The notes under the pieces are model-generated. The model was not told the DNA's origin, did not search any database, and saw only the letters and a program-made list of their open reading frames with translations. Shown here piece after piece: positions 28,490 to 39,636 of a stretch of 64,000 nt of DNA. Source of the stretch: an uncultured Verrucomicrobiae bacterium (GTDB lineage Bacteria; Verrucomicrobiota; Verrucomicrobiia; Palsa-1439). Each line of letters begins with the position of its first letter. Position 1 is the stretch's first letter. The stretch is from contig CAWEWF010000006.1 of the NCBI GenBank assembly GCA_963812605.1, positions 96,001 to 160,000 on the forward strand. Reading direction: 5' to 3'. The translations under genes were made by a program, and so were the position numbers.

Positions 28490-30112
28490 TCATTCCTTCT
28501 GAATCACTGGAACCCAACACGACACGATTACTCCGCCACCATCATCGTTGTGAACTGATAGCCTACCATCCATCATATGGGCGCGATATCGCATGATACG
28601 CAGTCCCATGCCAGTCGAGCCTGGCGCGCCAGCCGGCAGTCCGACGCCGTCGTCTTTGACGGTAAGCATCCATGCTGCCTTTTGTCTCGATAACCGGACG
28701 AGAATCTGTTTTGCTTTCGCGTGTTTGACGGCATTGTGGAGAGCTTCCTGCGCGATGCGATAAAGCTGGATCACTTGTCCATCGTGCAATCCTGCGAGAT
28801 CCTCCTCGGCTTCAACGTCGCACCGCACCCCGAAGCTTTCCTGGTTTCGGCGCGCGAGTTCCAAGAGAGCCACCAGCAACCCGTATTTCTCGACTTCGAC
28901 CGGATAAAAACCCTTTGCCAATTGTCTTGCCTTGTCGGCGCTTCCTCGCAGCATCATTTCCAGCCGCTGTGCCTCAGTGGCTTGTTTCGGTGCTGCTTTC
29001 ATCAGATTCATTTTCAGCACATCCAGCATCATCGCGATGCCAGTCAACTCCTGCCCCAACCCGTCGTGCAATTCCTGGCCTAGCCGCTCTTGTTCAGCCT
29101 CCGCAGCCCCTGCAACCTCGGCTTCCAATCGCTTTCGCTCGGCGGCCTCCGTTTGCAATTGCTGAGTCTGCTCGGCGACGCGCGATTCAAGAGTAAGCCG
29201 CCACCTCCCAAGTTCGTCTTCCATACGTTTGCGCTGGGTAATGTCGCGCGCAATTTTCGATGCCCCGATGATCTTTTGGTTGGAGTCGATCACGGGAGAG
29301 ATTGTTAGCGATATATCGAGCAATGCACCGTCTTTTCGGCGACGGACGGTCTCGTAATGTTCTACGGACTCTCCCCGTCGGATACGCTCCAGAATCCCAG
29401 TCTCTTCATCGGATCGCTCGGGCGGTATGAGCATGGTTATCGATTGGCCAATTGCTTCCTGAGCCGTGTAACCGAACAATCTTTCTGCCCCCTTGTTCCA
29501 AGTCATGATGATACCGTTCAGGTCCTTGCTGACGATGGCGTCATCCGATGATTCTACAATCGCGGCTAGTCTGGCGCGCGCCTCTTCTGCTTGTTTGCGC
29601 TCGGTTATGTCCAACAACATATTGACGCCACCAGTGATGGTTCCGTCCGGATCCCGCAATGGCGTTGGATACGGCGTAAACCAGATGCGCTTGCCATCGG
29701 GTCGTTCGGCGATCGCTTCCACGTCGCGCAGAATACGGCCTTCCTTTAGCGCAATCGCCATCGGGCATTTATCATGCGGCATTGGCGTGCCATCGGGATA
29801 ATAGAGCTTCCAGGTTACGCACCACTGATCGCTGCCCAGTTGTGGCGTTCGGCCAGAGAATTCCACAGCGGCCGCGTTGAAGTGCGTGAGTCGCCCTTCC
29901 GCATCGGTGGTGTAAATCGCTACCGGCAACGCGTCGATCATCTGCCGAAAACGGCGTTCGCTTTCGGGCAGCGTTCGCTCAACTTCCTTCTGATCGGGAG
30001 GTATGGCACCCAGAGGTTGTGTTAATCCGACCTCAGGGCACATGCTCTCCAACAGAATGTGTCCCTCCACTTGTGCTGCTAACGGTGAACTCTTCGCCAT
30101 GTTGCCCTCCAT
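28490..30112 (-). CDS. PAS-PAS sensor histidine kinase (HisKA_3)
   Basis: Two PAS/PAC domains, ELHDGLGQ, QEALHNAVKH, DDGVG, GMGL. Confidence 0.9.
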   Translation of the reverse strand: MEGNMAKSSPLAAQVEGHILLESMCPEVGLTQPLGAIPPDQKEVERTLPESERRFRQMIDALPVAIYTTDAEGRLTHFNAAAVEFSGRTPQLGSDQWCVTWKLYYPDGTPMPHDKCPMAIALKEGRILRDVEAIAERPDGKRIWFTPYPTPLRDPDGTITGGVNMLLDITERKQAEEARARLAAIVESSDDAIVSKDLNGIIMTWNKGAERLFGYTAQEAIGQSITMLIPPERSDEETGILERIRRGESVEHYETVRRRKDGALLDISLTISPVIDSNQKIIGASKIARDITQRKRMEDELGRWRLTLESRVAEQTQQLQTEAAERKRLEAEVAGAAEAEQERLGQELHDGLGQELTGIAMMLDVLKMNLMKAAPKQATEAQRLEMMLRGSADKARQLAKGFYPVEVEKYGLLVALLELARRNQESFGVRCDVEAEEDLAGLHDGQVIQLYRIAQEALHNAVKHAKAKQILVRLSRQKAAWMLTVKDDGVGLPAGAPGSTGMGLRIMRYRAHMMDGRLSVHNDDGGGVIVSCWVPVIQKE

Positions 30113-30517
30113 GAGGAAACCTAATGAATTGCTCGGATATGACTGGTTTGTGGCAAGTCTGCATGAAACAGCGAAGTGTGTCTTCCTGGTTTCATCTTGA
30201 GCTTCTTCACCTTACTAATTATCTCGAGAATCAGCTTGGTTCGATCTGCAAGAGGAACACGTACGCTCGCACTCAGCCCTATTATGTAGAGCCAGCTGGG
30301 AATGCCAATCAGAACGAGCCCTATTTTATACTAGGAAAACTTCCTAGAAAAAAGGCCCTTTGGAGAGCGCTCAAATCAGTTACGCCGTATGCTCATTGAG
30401 AAAGCCTGTCTCGGCACAGCATTAGGAGTCGTTCTTATGATGACATGGGGCCTTTGACAACTAGCGGAGCGCCCGAAAGCCCACTATCATGCAATACTCG
30501 AAAGGAGGATTCGAAAA

Positions 30518-33119
30518 ATGAAACCAGGGAACAATCTTCAAATTGATGGGAAAACGGTGCCTGTCTCCAATTTGGACAAAGTTCTTTATCCATCTTGCAA
30601 TTTCACCAAGGGCGAAATCATTGATTACTACATTCGCATCAGCCGGTTCTTTTGCCTCATCTAAAAGACCGCCCTCTTAGCCTTAAACGCTACCCGGGGG
30701 GTGTCGAAAAAGAATACTTCTATGAAAAGCGTTGCCCTCCGTATCGTCCCAAATGGGTAAAAACCATAGGAATGTGGAGCGAGGGAAATCAGGAGACCAT
30801 TCACTTTTGTGCTGTGGACAACCTGCCCTCCCTGGTCTGGGCGGCTAATTTAGCGAACTTGGAACTGCACACCTATCTATGCAAGCGTCAAAAATTGACG
30901 AAACCTACCGTTGTGGCGTTTGATTCGGATCCGGAGACGGCACCGATGTCCTGAATTGTGCCAGCCTCGCGCTCGCCCTGCGTTCTTTGTTTCAACGGCT
31001 GGATTTGGAGTGTTTCGTCAAGACCTCCGGCTCAAAGGGACTGCAGATCTACGTCCCCTTAAATACGCCAGTGACTTTCGACGAGACGAAGCAATTCGCC
31101 AAGGCCATAGCGGAAGAATTAGCCACGCAGTTACCACATCAGGTCACCGCAGACATGAAAAAGAGTCTTCGTCGCGGGAAGATATTTGTGGATTGGAGTC
31201 AAAACGACCAACACAAGACCACGGTCTGTGTCTATTCGTTGCGCGGTAAGGAAAAACCAACGGTTTCGACACCATTGAAATGGTCCGAACTGCAAGCGGC
31301 GCTCGCCGACAAGAATGCCGACGCGCTGGTGTTCACGTCCTCGATGGTGTTAGACCGCACCAAGCGTTTGGGCGATCTGTTTGCGCCGGTACTATCGATG
31401 AAGCAGAAGTTGCCTAAATTGAAGAGCCTCATGAAAGCGCTGGCTCACGACGCAACGGGTAATCTTGCGCAATACAAAAACAAACGGGATTTTAGCCAAA
31501 GCTCCGAACCCAGTGGCGACCTTTCTGAGAAGTCCAACAGCGCACTTTTCGTTATCCAGAAACATGCCGCCAGTCATCTTCACTATGACTTCCGGCTGGA
31601 AGCGGACGGTGTTCTAAAATCTTGGGCCGTTCCCAAGGGTTTACCACTCCGAAAGGGCGAAAAGCGGCTTGCCATCCAAGTCGAAGACCACCCATTTGAC
31701 TACGCGCGGTTTGAAGGGACAATTCCCAAAGGCAATTACGGTGGCGGAACGGTTATGGTGTGGGACATCGGTAACTATGCGGTCGTGGACAAAGACATTG
31801 GGGAAGCGTTAAGGGCGGGCAGCATACATTTGCGCTTGGAGGGTAAGAAACTTCGCGGAGATTGGACGCTGGTCCGCCTGAAGAAGGCTGAGGAAAAGAA
31901 ACAGCCTTGGTTGTTCATTAAGAGCGGCTCTGACCATAAGCGGATCACTTCCCAAGTGGAGGACCAGTCCGCTCTGAGCCATCGTTCAATGACAGAGATC
32001 TCAAAGGCTAATGACGCGCAGTGGGACTCGAACGAAGGACGTTCCCCGCGGCTGTCCAGTTTCACAGCGAAGCTTCGCAGTCTACCGAAGAGCAAACCGG
32101 CGTTTATGGAGCCCATGAAAGCCCGATTGGCGGAACGGCTTCCCGCCGACGCAGAGTGGCTATACGAAATAAAATTTGATGGCGTGAGAGCGATCGCGAT
32201 AAAAGACGGAACGGGAATCAAACTTCTTTCCCGCACTCATCATTCTTTGGGCCCGAGTTTTCCAGAGGTTGTCAGATCGTTGCGCGAAATGCCCAATAAA
32301 TCCTTTGTGCTTGATGGCGAAATTGTCGCCTTGGATGATCAGGGTCGTTCCTCATTCCAGTTGCTGCAGCCATTCATTCACGTCGAAGACTCTCCGGATA
32401 CCAGACCACCGATTGTGATGTACTTGTTCGATATATTAAATTTGGAAGGAAAAAGCACTACGGCACTGCCGTTGCGCGAACGCAAAGATCTCCTCGAAAC
32501 ACTTCTTCGCGAAAGGCCAGCTGGCCTTCGACTATCCGGAACTTTTCGAGAGAAACCCCAGCAGTTACTGAAACATATTGAAAAACTTGGTCTGGAAGGC
32601 TTGGTGGGCAAGAGGCCGGATTCTCGCTATGAGCCGGGCAAAAGGTCGGGTTCGTGGATCAAGATCAAGATCGTCAGCGAACAAGAATTCGTAATTGGAG
32701 GCTATACAGAGCCGCGCGGATCGCGGGAGTTGTTCGGATCTTTGGTCCTTGGATACCACCGTAGCGGCAAACTGCTTTATGCTTCCAAGGTCGGAACGGG
32801 GTTTGATTCCCGTACACTTCGCACTTTGTTCTCCCAGTTTCAAAAGCAAAAGTCAAATCGCTGCCCATTTGATGATCTCCCGTCCAAGCACTCCGACGTT
32901 AACGGGTTAAGCGCATCCGAAATGAAACGATGCACTTGGCTAAATCCTAAGCTGGTTTGCCAAGTTCGCTTTAGCCAGTGGACGAAGGACGGTCACCTGC
33001 GGCAACCCGTGTTCCTGGGATTACGTGACGACAAGCCACCGGGAGACGTGGTCCAGGAAGGACCGGTTATCACTGCCGGAAGCGCGAAGCCTTGCAAAGC
33101 CTCTGGCCGTCACCGTTGA
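30518..33119 (+). CDS. ligD: DNA ligase D (polymerase-phosphoesterase-ligase), 2 frameshifts in the polymerase domain
   Basis: SNLDKVLYP, KTSGSKGLQ; FVIQKHAASHLHYDFRLE; EIKFDGVR, LDGE, EGLVGK; AGGAGG RBS before ATG 30518. Confidence 0.88.
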
Positions 33120-33163
33120 TCCCATTTCTGTGAATTGATCGCCCAGTTTCTCCGCCGGCTTCA

Positions 33164-33694
33164 TTATTCCGTTCGGATCTGAATTATGGTCCGCTTTATT
33201 TCTCCCTTCAAAAAATCGATCGATTCGCGCTCGGCTGCTTCTAGTGCATTTACCGCGGCAGTCTTTTTATTCCGCGCATTTATGTCATACAAAGCGTCGA
33301 CGATTGCTGTCGAACGAATAACGACCGTGAATCTCTTTTCAGGCGACGGGATGGGCTTGCGGGTCTGTTTTGTTGCAGTTCGCCTAAGCGGGGATTTGCT
33401 TGTTACCCCTTCTTCCTCTACCAGATCAAGGTTGATTCCAATAATTCGCTGCTCTTCGAATTTGCTCAGAGGTTTGGGAAACAGCAGATACAGCGCATTT
33501 TTGTCCTTGTGAAAACCAACAAGACCGAATTCGGCTTTATTCCCAGCAGGATGCGTTTTAATGGTCATAACACGCCTTTGCTTCGCGGCCTGCAAAAAGG
33601 CTGCGTCTGGCTTACCCCAAAGAGATACGAACTTGGGTTTTCCGCATTCTTCAATGACTTTGGCAAACCGGGCGGTTTGATTTGCAGAGTTCAT
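33164..33694 (-). CDS. Hypothetical protein
   Basis: 176-aa ORF with GGAGG RBS, convergent with ligD. Confidence 0.6.
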   Translation of the reverse strand: MNSANQTARFAKVIEECGKPKFVSLWGKPDAAFLQAAKQRRVMTIKTHPAGNKAEFGLVGFHKDKNALYLLFPKPLSKFEEQRIIGINLDLVEEEGVTSKSPLRRTATKQTRKPIPSPEKRFTVVIRSTAIVDALYDINARNKKTAAVNALEAAERESIDFLKGEIKRTIIQIRTE

Positions 33695-33767
33695 CTAGAA
33701 GCCGCCTCCTAGGGTTAGGGAATGGTGATACCGGAGGCTTCTCCTCCGGGAATTCCCGGCCGAAAGA

Positions 33768-34265
33768 TCAATTGCCGAACGGAATGATGAGTCGCACGCC
33801 CGCGTAACATGGCTTGTTGTCCTCCCCGATGTTTAGGTCAAGCTTTACGCGCGGATTGTTGTGAGAATCTCTGGGAGAAATTTCTCGCGTGGGTCGCAAG
33901 GTGCCCTGGTCGAAACCAAAGTCGACATGGTTCTCAATGGACTTGGCCAGGTGGTCGACAGCAAAGACGATTGTGTCCAAGTCATATTTGGCACTTTCTA
34001 TTTCCTGTTTAAACGGCGAAGTGGCATCTCCAAGGGGGGCATATTCCGATTCGAAACGCTCCCAATCTTCGGAATCTGTGGGCGGCGGCCCCTGTAATGG
34101 GGCAAGGCGCACGTCACGCTCGTCAAATATTCGCGCGGCCGTCGATTCTTCGTTGTTACTCGGAACAATCTCCACTGCACTAGCGGGCTTGGAACTGGTG
34201 GAGTGTAAAGCAAATTCCGACACCGGCACTGCGGTAGCCATCATCAGAAAGCAGATGCAAAACAC
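33768..34265 (-). CDS. Hypothetical protein, probably exported
   Basis: Hydrophobic N-terminus; C-terminal YAGVRLIIPFGN. Confidence 0.5.
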   Translation of the reverse strand: MFCICFLMMATAVPVSEFALHSTSSKPASAVEIVPSNNEESTAARIFDERDVRLAPLQGPPPTDSEDWERFESEYAPLGDATSPFKQEIESAKYDLDTIVFAVDHLAKSIENHVDFGFDQGTLRPTREISPRDSHNNPRVKLDLNIGEDNKPCYAGVRLIIPFGN

Positions 34266-34550
34266 CCGCGCACATCTTGTGAATGTAAAATGTCGTGCGC
34301 GAGCAAATGCACAGTCTTCCGTGCCTACGTCTTCTCTCTGCGAGCCAACAGCACCGTCATGACAACCAGGCCGCCGCGAATTAGCGGCCGCTCATATGAG
34401 CGATCGTGATGACATTTCGTTCGCCATGGCTTTTAATATTAAGACTTGGAATTCGTTCAAGCTATCGGTACAGGCCCTATTGTGAACTAGGAGAACGACT
34501 GGTAAATCAACCAGTTTGCAGTTCGTCCTCAAAACACCCATACTGCGGCG

Positions 34551-35597
34551 GTGACGCCCTCCAAAATCTCAGCCGTTATCGCTCCAGGAGTGCTGCTGGT
34601 GATTCTCATTTGTTTGTACGCCGCCCGCGAGGTAGCTGTACCGGTTGCGCTGGCTTGTCTGCTAGCCTTCTTGCTGGCTCCTGTGGATCGGAAATTGCAG
34701 AAATCTGGATTCACTCGTTCCCTTTCGGTAGCGCTCATCTCTATATCATCCCTGCTCGTCGTGGGAGTCATCGCCTGTGTTGTAACGACCCAGGTGAAAG
34801 ATTTCGCCGAACAGTTGCCGGCTTACAAAGGCAATATCAAGAAACGGATCCAGGAATTGCGACAACATGGCAGTGGTACAGCCCTCGCCAAAGCGCGCGA
34901 TACCGTCGAGGAAGTAGCGGGCGAAATGACGACTAACGCGGCGGCAAATACTCATCCTCCTCCTGTACCGGTCACCGTGCAAAGTGGTACAACTCAGAGC
35001 CTCCTGTCCGTGCTGTCTCCTGTCTTGGGAACGCTTTTTAATATTCTTCTCATAATCGTCCTCGTGGTTTTTATGCTTTTGGAGCGCGAACACCTACATG
35101 ACCGAATGATCCGTTCCTTCGGAGAGTCGCATAAAGTCGCCACCCGGAAGGTGCTCGATGAGGCAGCGCTTTTGGTCGGCAGTTATCTGAAAGCTCAGGG
35201 CCTTGTAAACCTATCCGTGGCGACAGTCATTGGCCTCGCGCTTTTTATATTGGGCGTCCCTTACGCGTTGTTATGGGCCTTTACTATCGCAATGCTGCGA
35301 TTTATCCCATACATCGGCATCTGGATCGCCGCGACTCTTCCCTTGCTTGTTAGCCTGGCAACTTCAACTAACTGGTTTCAGCCTCTCGGTGTCGTTGGAG
35401 CCTTCGTTGTCTTCGAGCCGTTGGTGGGCATGATTCTCGAACCGATACTGTTTGGTCGCACCATTGGCATTTCAAAACTTGCCATGCTCATTTCCATTAC
35501 CTTTTGGACGTGGATGTGGGGACCAGCCGGTTTACTGCTCGCCACCCCTTTAACCGCCTGCTTGGTCGTGATCTCCCAACACATACCAGAATCTTAA
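34551..35597 (+). CDS. AI-2E family transporter, probably 3'-truncated
   Basis: PVALACLLAFLLAP, LRFIPYIG, EP..FG, FW.W.WGP.GLLLATPLT. Confidence 0.85.
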   Translation: MTPSKISAVIAPGVLLVILICLYAAREVAVPVALACLLAFLLAPVDRKLQKSGFTRSLSVALISISSLLVVGVIACVVTTQVKDFAEQLPAYKGNIKKRIQELRQHGSGTALAKARDTVEEVAGEMTTNAAANTHPPPVPVTVQSGTTQSLLSVLSPVLGTLFNILLIIVLVVFMLLEREHLHDRMIRSFGESHKVATRKVLDEAALLVGSYLKAQGLVNLSVATVIGLALFILGVPYALLWAFTIAMLRFIPYIGIWIAATLPLLVSLATSTNWFQPLGVVGAFVVFEPLVGMILEPILFGRTIGISKLAMLISITFWTWMWGPAGLLLATPLTACLVVISQHIPES

Positions 35598-35999
35598 TTT
35601 TCTAGCCGTGCTCTTAAGCGAAGAGCCGGCGACGTAGTTGGGTTCGGCCAGGCACGTTCCACGAATTGGCTAGAGAGAATCGCTGGCTCATTTCGTAGGA
35701 CATCTGGGCGTTGTTCTCCTGCGAGCCCTTATTTCTCCCGGCCACAGTGCCGGCAATTTGCTGACGGTTTTCCTCCTCCAAAAGCCATTGCAAGAGCTGG
35801 CTAGTTCGCTTTGAGGTTTCCACTCGAAGCGAATCGGTTGAAACATCTCAACCGTCCTAGGTAGGCACCCTACTCAATGTTCAGCGGGCTGCTGATTGTT
35901 GTTTAAATCGTACAAGGCGAGTATGCGACATGCGAAATCGGCAGACAGTTTGCAGAACGCTGACAAAAGCGAACGCCTAAACAAAAGGGAGTGGCAGAA

Positions 36000-36491
36000 A
36001 TGAAATACAAACTGAATGTTCTCACTGCGGCAATTGTAGTGGCTGGATTGATTACAGCAAGCGCCCAAGACACAAATGAAAATCCGAATTCGTCATCCAC
36101 TAAACCGTGGCGCAATTCCTCGGTGAGCGGCTCAAACGACGTCAGTCGTTCAGAACTCGCGGGGAACACAAACGCCGTCTCCGACGCAGATAACACCGGT
36201 CGCAATGCACGCGACCGTGATGGCAACACCCTGACACCACTCAATCAGAGCAACAGCCAGACGGACTTGAACATCACCTCGCAGATTCGCAAGGAGATCA
36301 TTGCCGACAAGAATCTCTCGGTAAATGCGCACAATGTGAAAATCATTACCGCGAACGGCTACGTAACTCTCCGGGGATCTGTAAACACGTCCACTGAAAA
36401 GCGTGAGATCTGCGACGTAGCCAAGCGGATAGCGGGTTCTCAGAATGTGCAGGACCAGCTCGAAGTCAAAACTGATAATTCTTCAAATTAA
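36000..36491 (+). CDS. BON-domain secreted protein
   Basis: Signal peptide; DNTGRN.RDR..LTP..Q; IRK.I..LS.NAHNVKIIT..G.VTLRG.V. Confidence 0.88.
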   Translation: MKYKLNVLTAAIVVAGLITASAQDTNENPNSSSTKPWRNSSVSGSNDVSRSELAGNTNAVSDADNTGRNARDRDGNTLTPLNQSNSQTDLNITSQIRKEIIADKNLSVNAHNVKIITANGYVTLRGSVNTSTEKREICDVAKRIAGSQNVQDQLEVKTDNSSN

Positions 36492-36524
36492 TTTCACCAA
36501 CCCAAACCACACTAACAAAAAGGA

Positions 36525-37088
36525 ATGACTCCTATGTCCAAGAAATCAGTATTCTGCATTGCCACGTCACGTAGCCAAGCCGAGGATATTGTGAGCCGCT
36601 TGAAAAACGCCCAGTTCTCCAACAACGACATCTCCGCTCTCTTTGCGGATAAAGCTACAACCCGCGACTTTGCGCATGAAAAGAACACCAAAGCGCCCGA
36701 GGGTGCCATCACCGGCGCTGGTACCGGAGGTGTGATCGGCGGCGCATTGGGATGGATTGCCGGCATCGGTGCTCTGGCGATTCCCGGCACCGGACCTTTC
36801 ATTGCGGCTGGTCCCATCATGGCGGCATTAAGTGGCGCTGCGGTCGGCGCCGCAGTCGGTGGTGTTGCGGGCGCGTTAATCGGCATGGGAATTCCCGAAC
36901 TTGAAGCCCGACGATACGAGGGCAAAATCAAGGACGGCAATATTCTGATCTCCGTGCATACCGAGAACTCGGACGAAATCAAGAGAGCCAAACAGATTTT
37001 CGAGGTTGCCGGTGCGCAGGATATTTGCACCACCGGTGAGGATTCTGTTCCGAAGAGCAAATCCCAAACAGTCGTTACCCGTTCCTAG
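36525..37088 (+). CDS. General-stress membrane protein with glycine zipper (DUF3341-like)
   Basis: GAGTGGVIGG..GIGALAIPG.GPFIAAGP..GMGIPE.EA.RYE. Confidence 0.8.
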   Translation: MTPMSKKSVFCIATSRSQAEDIVSRLKNAQFSNNDISALFADKATTRDFAHEKNTKAPEGAITGAGTGGVIGGALGWIAGIGALAIPGTGPFIAAGPIMAALSGAAVGAAVGGVAGALIGMGIPELEARRYEGKIKDGNILISVHTENSDEIKRAKQIFEVAGAQDICTTGEDSVPKSKSQTVVTRS

Positions 37089-37194
37089 CAACGGGTGCTC
37101 AAATACGCTGCCTCGCTGCTGACAGTCGTACATCACGTCTGTCAGCAGCCAGCAACCGAGAAACATAACTAAATCAATAAGAAGGAAGTTTATC

Positions 37195-37698
37195 ATGGAT
37201 AATCTGAGAGACTTATACGTAGACGAGCTGAAGGATGTTTACAACGCCGAGCACCAGTTGGTCAAGGCCTTGCCCAAAATGGCGAAGGCTTCCAACTCAT
37301 CTCAACTACGCATGGCGTTCGAGGGTCATCTAAAAGAAACGCAGGGCCACGTCAAACGGCTCGAAGAGGTATTTGCAAACTTAGGTGTGAAGCCCGCAGG
37401 CAAGACCTGCAAAGCCATGAAGGGGCTCGTCAAGGAAGGTGGCGAAATGATCGAGGAGGACGCCGACGGCGCTTTAAAAGACGCGGGTCTCATCGGCGCC
37501 GCTCAACGCGTGGAACATTACGAAATGGCCGCCTACGGCACTCTCTGCGCCTTTGCGAAAGAGCTCGGCGACGAGCGAGGCGTGAAACTGTTGCAGCAGA
37601 CGCTGGAGGAAGAAGGAGCCGCGGACACAAAGTTGTCGGGGCTCTCGAAGACCATCAACAAAGAAGCGCGTCAGCAAGGCTCACAGAGCGCCGACTAG
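37195..37698 (+). CDS. YciE/YciF ferritin-like protein, copy 2
   Basis: ELKDVYNAEHQL..AAQRVEHYEMAAYG. Confidence 0.9.
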   Translation: MDNLRDLYVDELKDVYNAEHQLVKALPKMAKASNSSQLRMAFEGHLKETQGHVKRLEEVFANLGVKPAGKTCKAMKGLVKEGGEMIEEDADGALKDAGLIGAAQRVEHYEMAAYGTLCAFAKELGDERGVKLLQQTLEEEGAADTKLSGLSKTINKEARQQGSQSAD

Positions 37699-37714
37699 TA
37701 ACCGGCATTGTTTG

Positions 37715-37758
37715 AATGAGGCTCGCGATCCCCCCAGGATTGCGAGCTTCATTTTTTT
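37715..37758 (+). terminator. Intrinsic terminator
   Basis: AATGAGGCTCGCGATCC/GGATTGCGAGCTTCATT stem followed by a T run. Confidence 0.8.
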
Positions 37759-37796
37759 GTCCCAACCGGAAAATTGGTGAAGTCTGCCTGAGCGGG

Positions 37797-38933
37797 TTAC
37801 TTATTCGGTTCGCCGGTGATGTTCCCATTTGCGGTCGAGCCCTTCCCTAGATAGCCCTCCAGACTGGGAAACAAGGCTTGGATATAAGCATTGCGCAATA
37901 ATTCGCCAACCGTTGCAAAAATACCGGTGCCGGGGTTACTGATGTCACCACTGAGTGGAATGCGCGTAGCGATCTGATCCTTCGGTTGATTCTTGAGGAT
38001 CTCGGCGACACCCGCCACAATCGTCTCCCAGACAACCTTGAGCGGATTCTCCTTCGCTTCCTTCCAACGAGCAATCTCCAAGTGCTTTATAATCGGTTTT
38101 ATATAACCCTGCAATTTTCCCTGATCGACTTGCATCTCTGTAAAAACACTGAACCTGCCCGCCGATGCCGATACCCCTCCGTACGCTTCTAGGAAATCAT
38201 TCCACTCTGTCAGATCTATATCCGTCATTTCCGCCGCCAATTTGAAAGTTGGCTTGGCGTCGAACGGATCGGCCGTCAGATGAAACTTGAATCCTCCTCG
38301 TTGCGAAACAACGCCGGCGGCATCAATAGTTGCCACGAGCGTCTGGGACAAACGTCGGGAATTTGTTAGATTAACGGCGACAACATGGGTTTGGGTCATG
38401 TAGAGATCGACATTCGGCTTCCTGGAGAAATCGCGGAAATGAATTTGACCATCCTTGACCTCGAAGCGGTTAATCTTCAACGGGAATAGCTCTTTGACAC
38501 GCGCAATCCAACTCTTATCCACGGAAGTCTGCGAGGTTTCCGGGGCCGGGCTATTGACAAAGTTAAGGGAGGGGCGATCTATCAGAACCTTCGCCACCAG
38601 CGCTCCATGGAATAATTCGGCCCATTGCACAGAGAGATCAACCGTGTCGGCCGAAAAGAACGGGACGGGAACGGAGCCGGATGTCTTCTCAAGCTTGATC
38701 TTTTTGACCTGGTATGCGCCGCGAAACAGATTGACGTAAAGCGATCCTACATCTGCCCGATAACCCGGAATCTTATTTAGGGTATGCAACACATAGTGGC
38801 GAATTGCAATGGGTAGCAAGGCGTGCGCGAGTACCACAATCGCCACGATCCCCCCGAGGATGTAACCCAGTTTGCCACGGTCCTTTCGAAGCACAACAGT
38901 TGCCGGTGGTGATTCTCCTGAAGGCCGCGTCAT
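37797..38933 (-). CDS. DUF748/AsmA-like protein
   Basis: N-terminal TM anchor, beta-rich body, GYIKP, ATRIP.SG, LRNAYIQAL. Confidence 0.75.
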   Translation of the reverse strand: MTRPSGESPPATVVLRKDRGKLGYILGGIVAIVVLAHALLPIAIRHYVLHTLNKIPGYRADVGSLYVNLFRGAYQVKKIKLEKTSGSVPVPFFSADTVDLSVQWAELFHGALVAKVLIDRPSLNFVNSPAPETSQTSVDKSWIARVKELFPLKINRFEVKDGQIHFRDFSRKPNVDLYMTQTHVVAVNLTNSRRLSQTLVATIDAAGVVSQRGGFKFHLTADPFDAKPTFKLAAEMTDIDLTEWNDFLEAYGGVSASAGRFSVFTEMQVDQGKLQGYIKPIIKHLEIARWKEAKENPLKVVWETIVAGVAEILKNQPKDQIATRIPLSGDISNPGTGIFATVGELLRNAYIQALFPSLEGYLGKGSTANGNITGEPNK

Positions 38934-39003
38934 AATGTTTGAAGTTTTTGTTTTGATTGCTTCCTCACACGTCCCGATCATTCGATTCGTTGTGAGTCCT
39001 TGC

Positions 39004-39405
39004 TTAATCACGGTGAATAGAATAGCGCAACGAGCGTAGAACTGCCGTTACTCCTGTGCGAAGTAAATTCATGTTTCTTACGATGGAATGAACGGGCGGC
39101 TCAACCGCCGAACCTACTTCTTTCAGAAAATGATCCGCGCCTTCCGTCCATTTGCGCACCGTGGCGACGACTTTTTCTATTTCATCCATTTGCGCGCTGG
39201 CTCGCCTTGAAATCTCGGTGACGTTTCTAATCAGTTCATGGCTATGTTGAACCAGCGTCAGCATGGCGGATTTCGTTTCCTCCGCTGACTGTGCGACATT
39301 CTTCAGATCCCGGCGAATCATGAAGGCAATGGGAATCACGCCCGCAACCAGGATGATGATTGCCAGGGAAGCAAGAAACAGGGCCACTTGTAAAGCAGTT
39401 GACAT
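39004..39405 (-). CDS. DUF948-like membrane-anchored coiled-coil protein
   Basis: N-terminal TM followed by a heptad-rich helix. Confidence 0.65.
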   Translation of the reverse strand: MSTALQVALFLASLAIIILVAGVIPIAFMIRRDLKNVAQSAEETKSAMLTLVQHSHELIRNVTEISRRASAQMDEIEKVVATVRKWTEGADHFLKEVGSAVEPPVHSIVRNMNLLRTGVTAVLRSLRYSIHRD

Positions 39406-39636
39406 ATCTCCGTTCGAATTGGCTGCCAGTGTATCCTCTAATCAGGCCGGCACAAGACGGTGAGGGGCTGATTCTGCATCCAGATTAATTCCTAGCTCCT
39501 GCGCTGGACAATCTGCTCGTTTGCCGAATGTCACGGCGGCAAATCCTTCGAACTCCTTGACCCATCGATATTTTCAGGGCCGCCATTCCTGGCGAGAGAA
39601 CTACTCCTCGCGTAATCCCTCCGGCAGTAAGGCAAA

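Noticed and set aside
34389-34402. Perfect palindrome CGCTCATATGAGCG
   Set aside because: Single copy with no associated regulator; could be chance.
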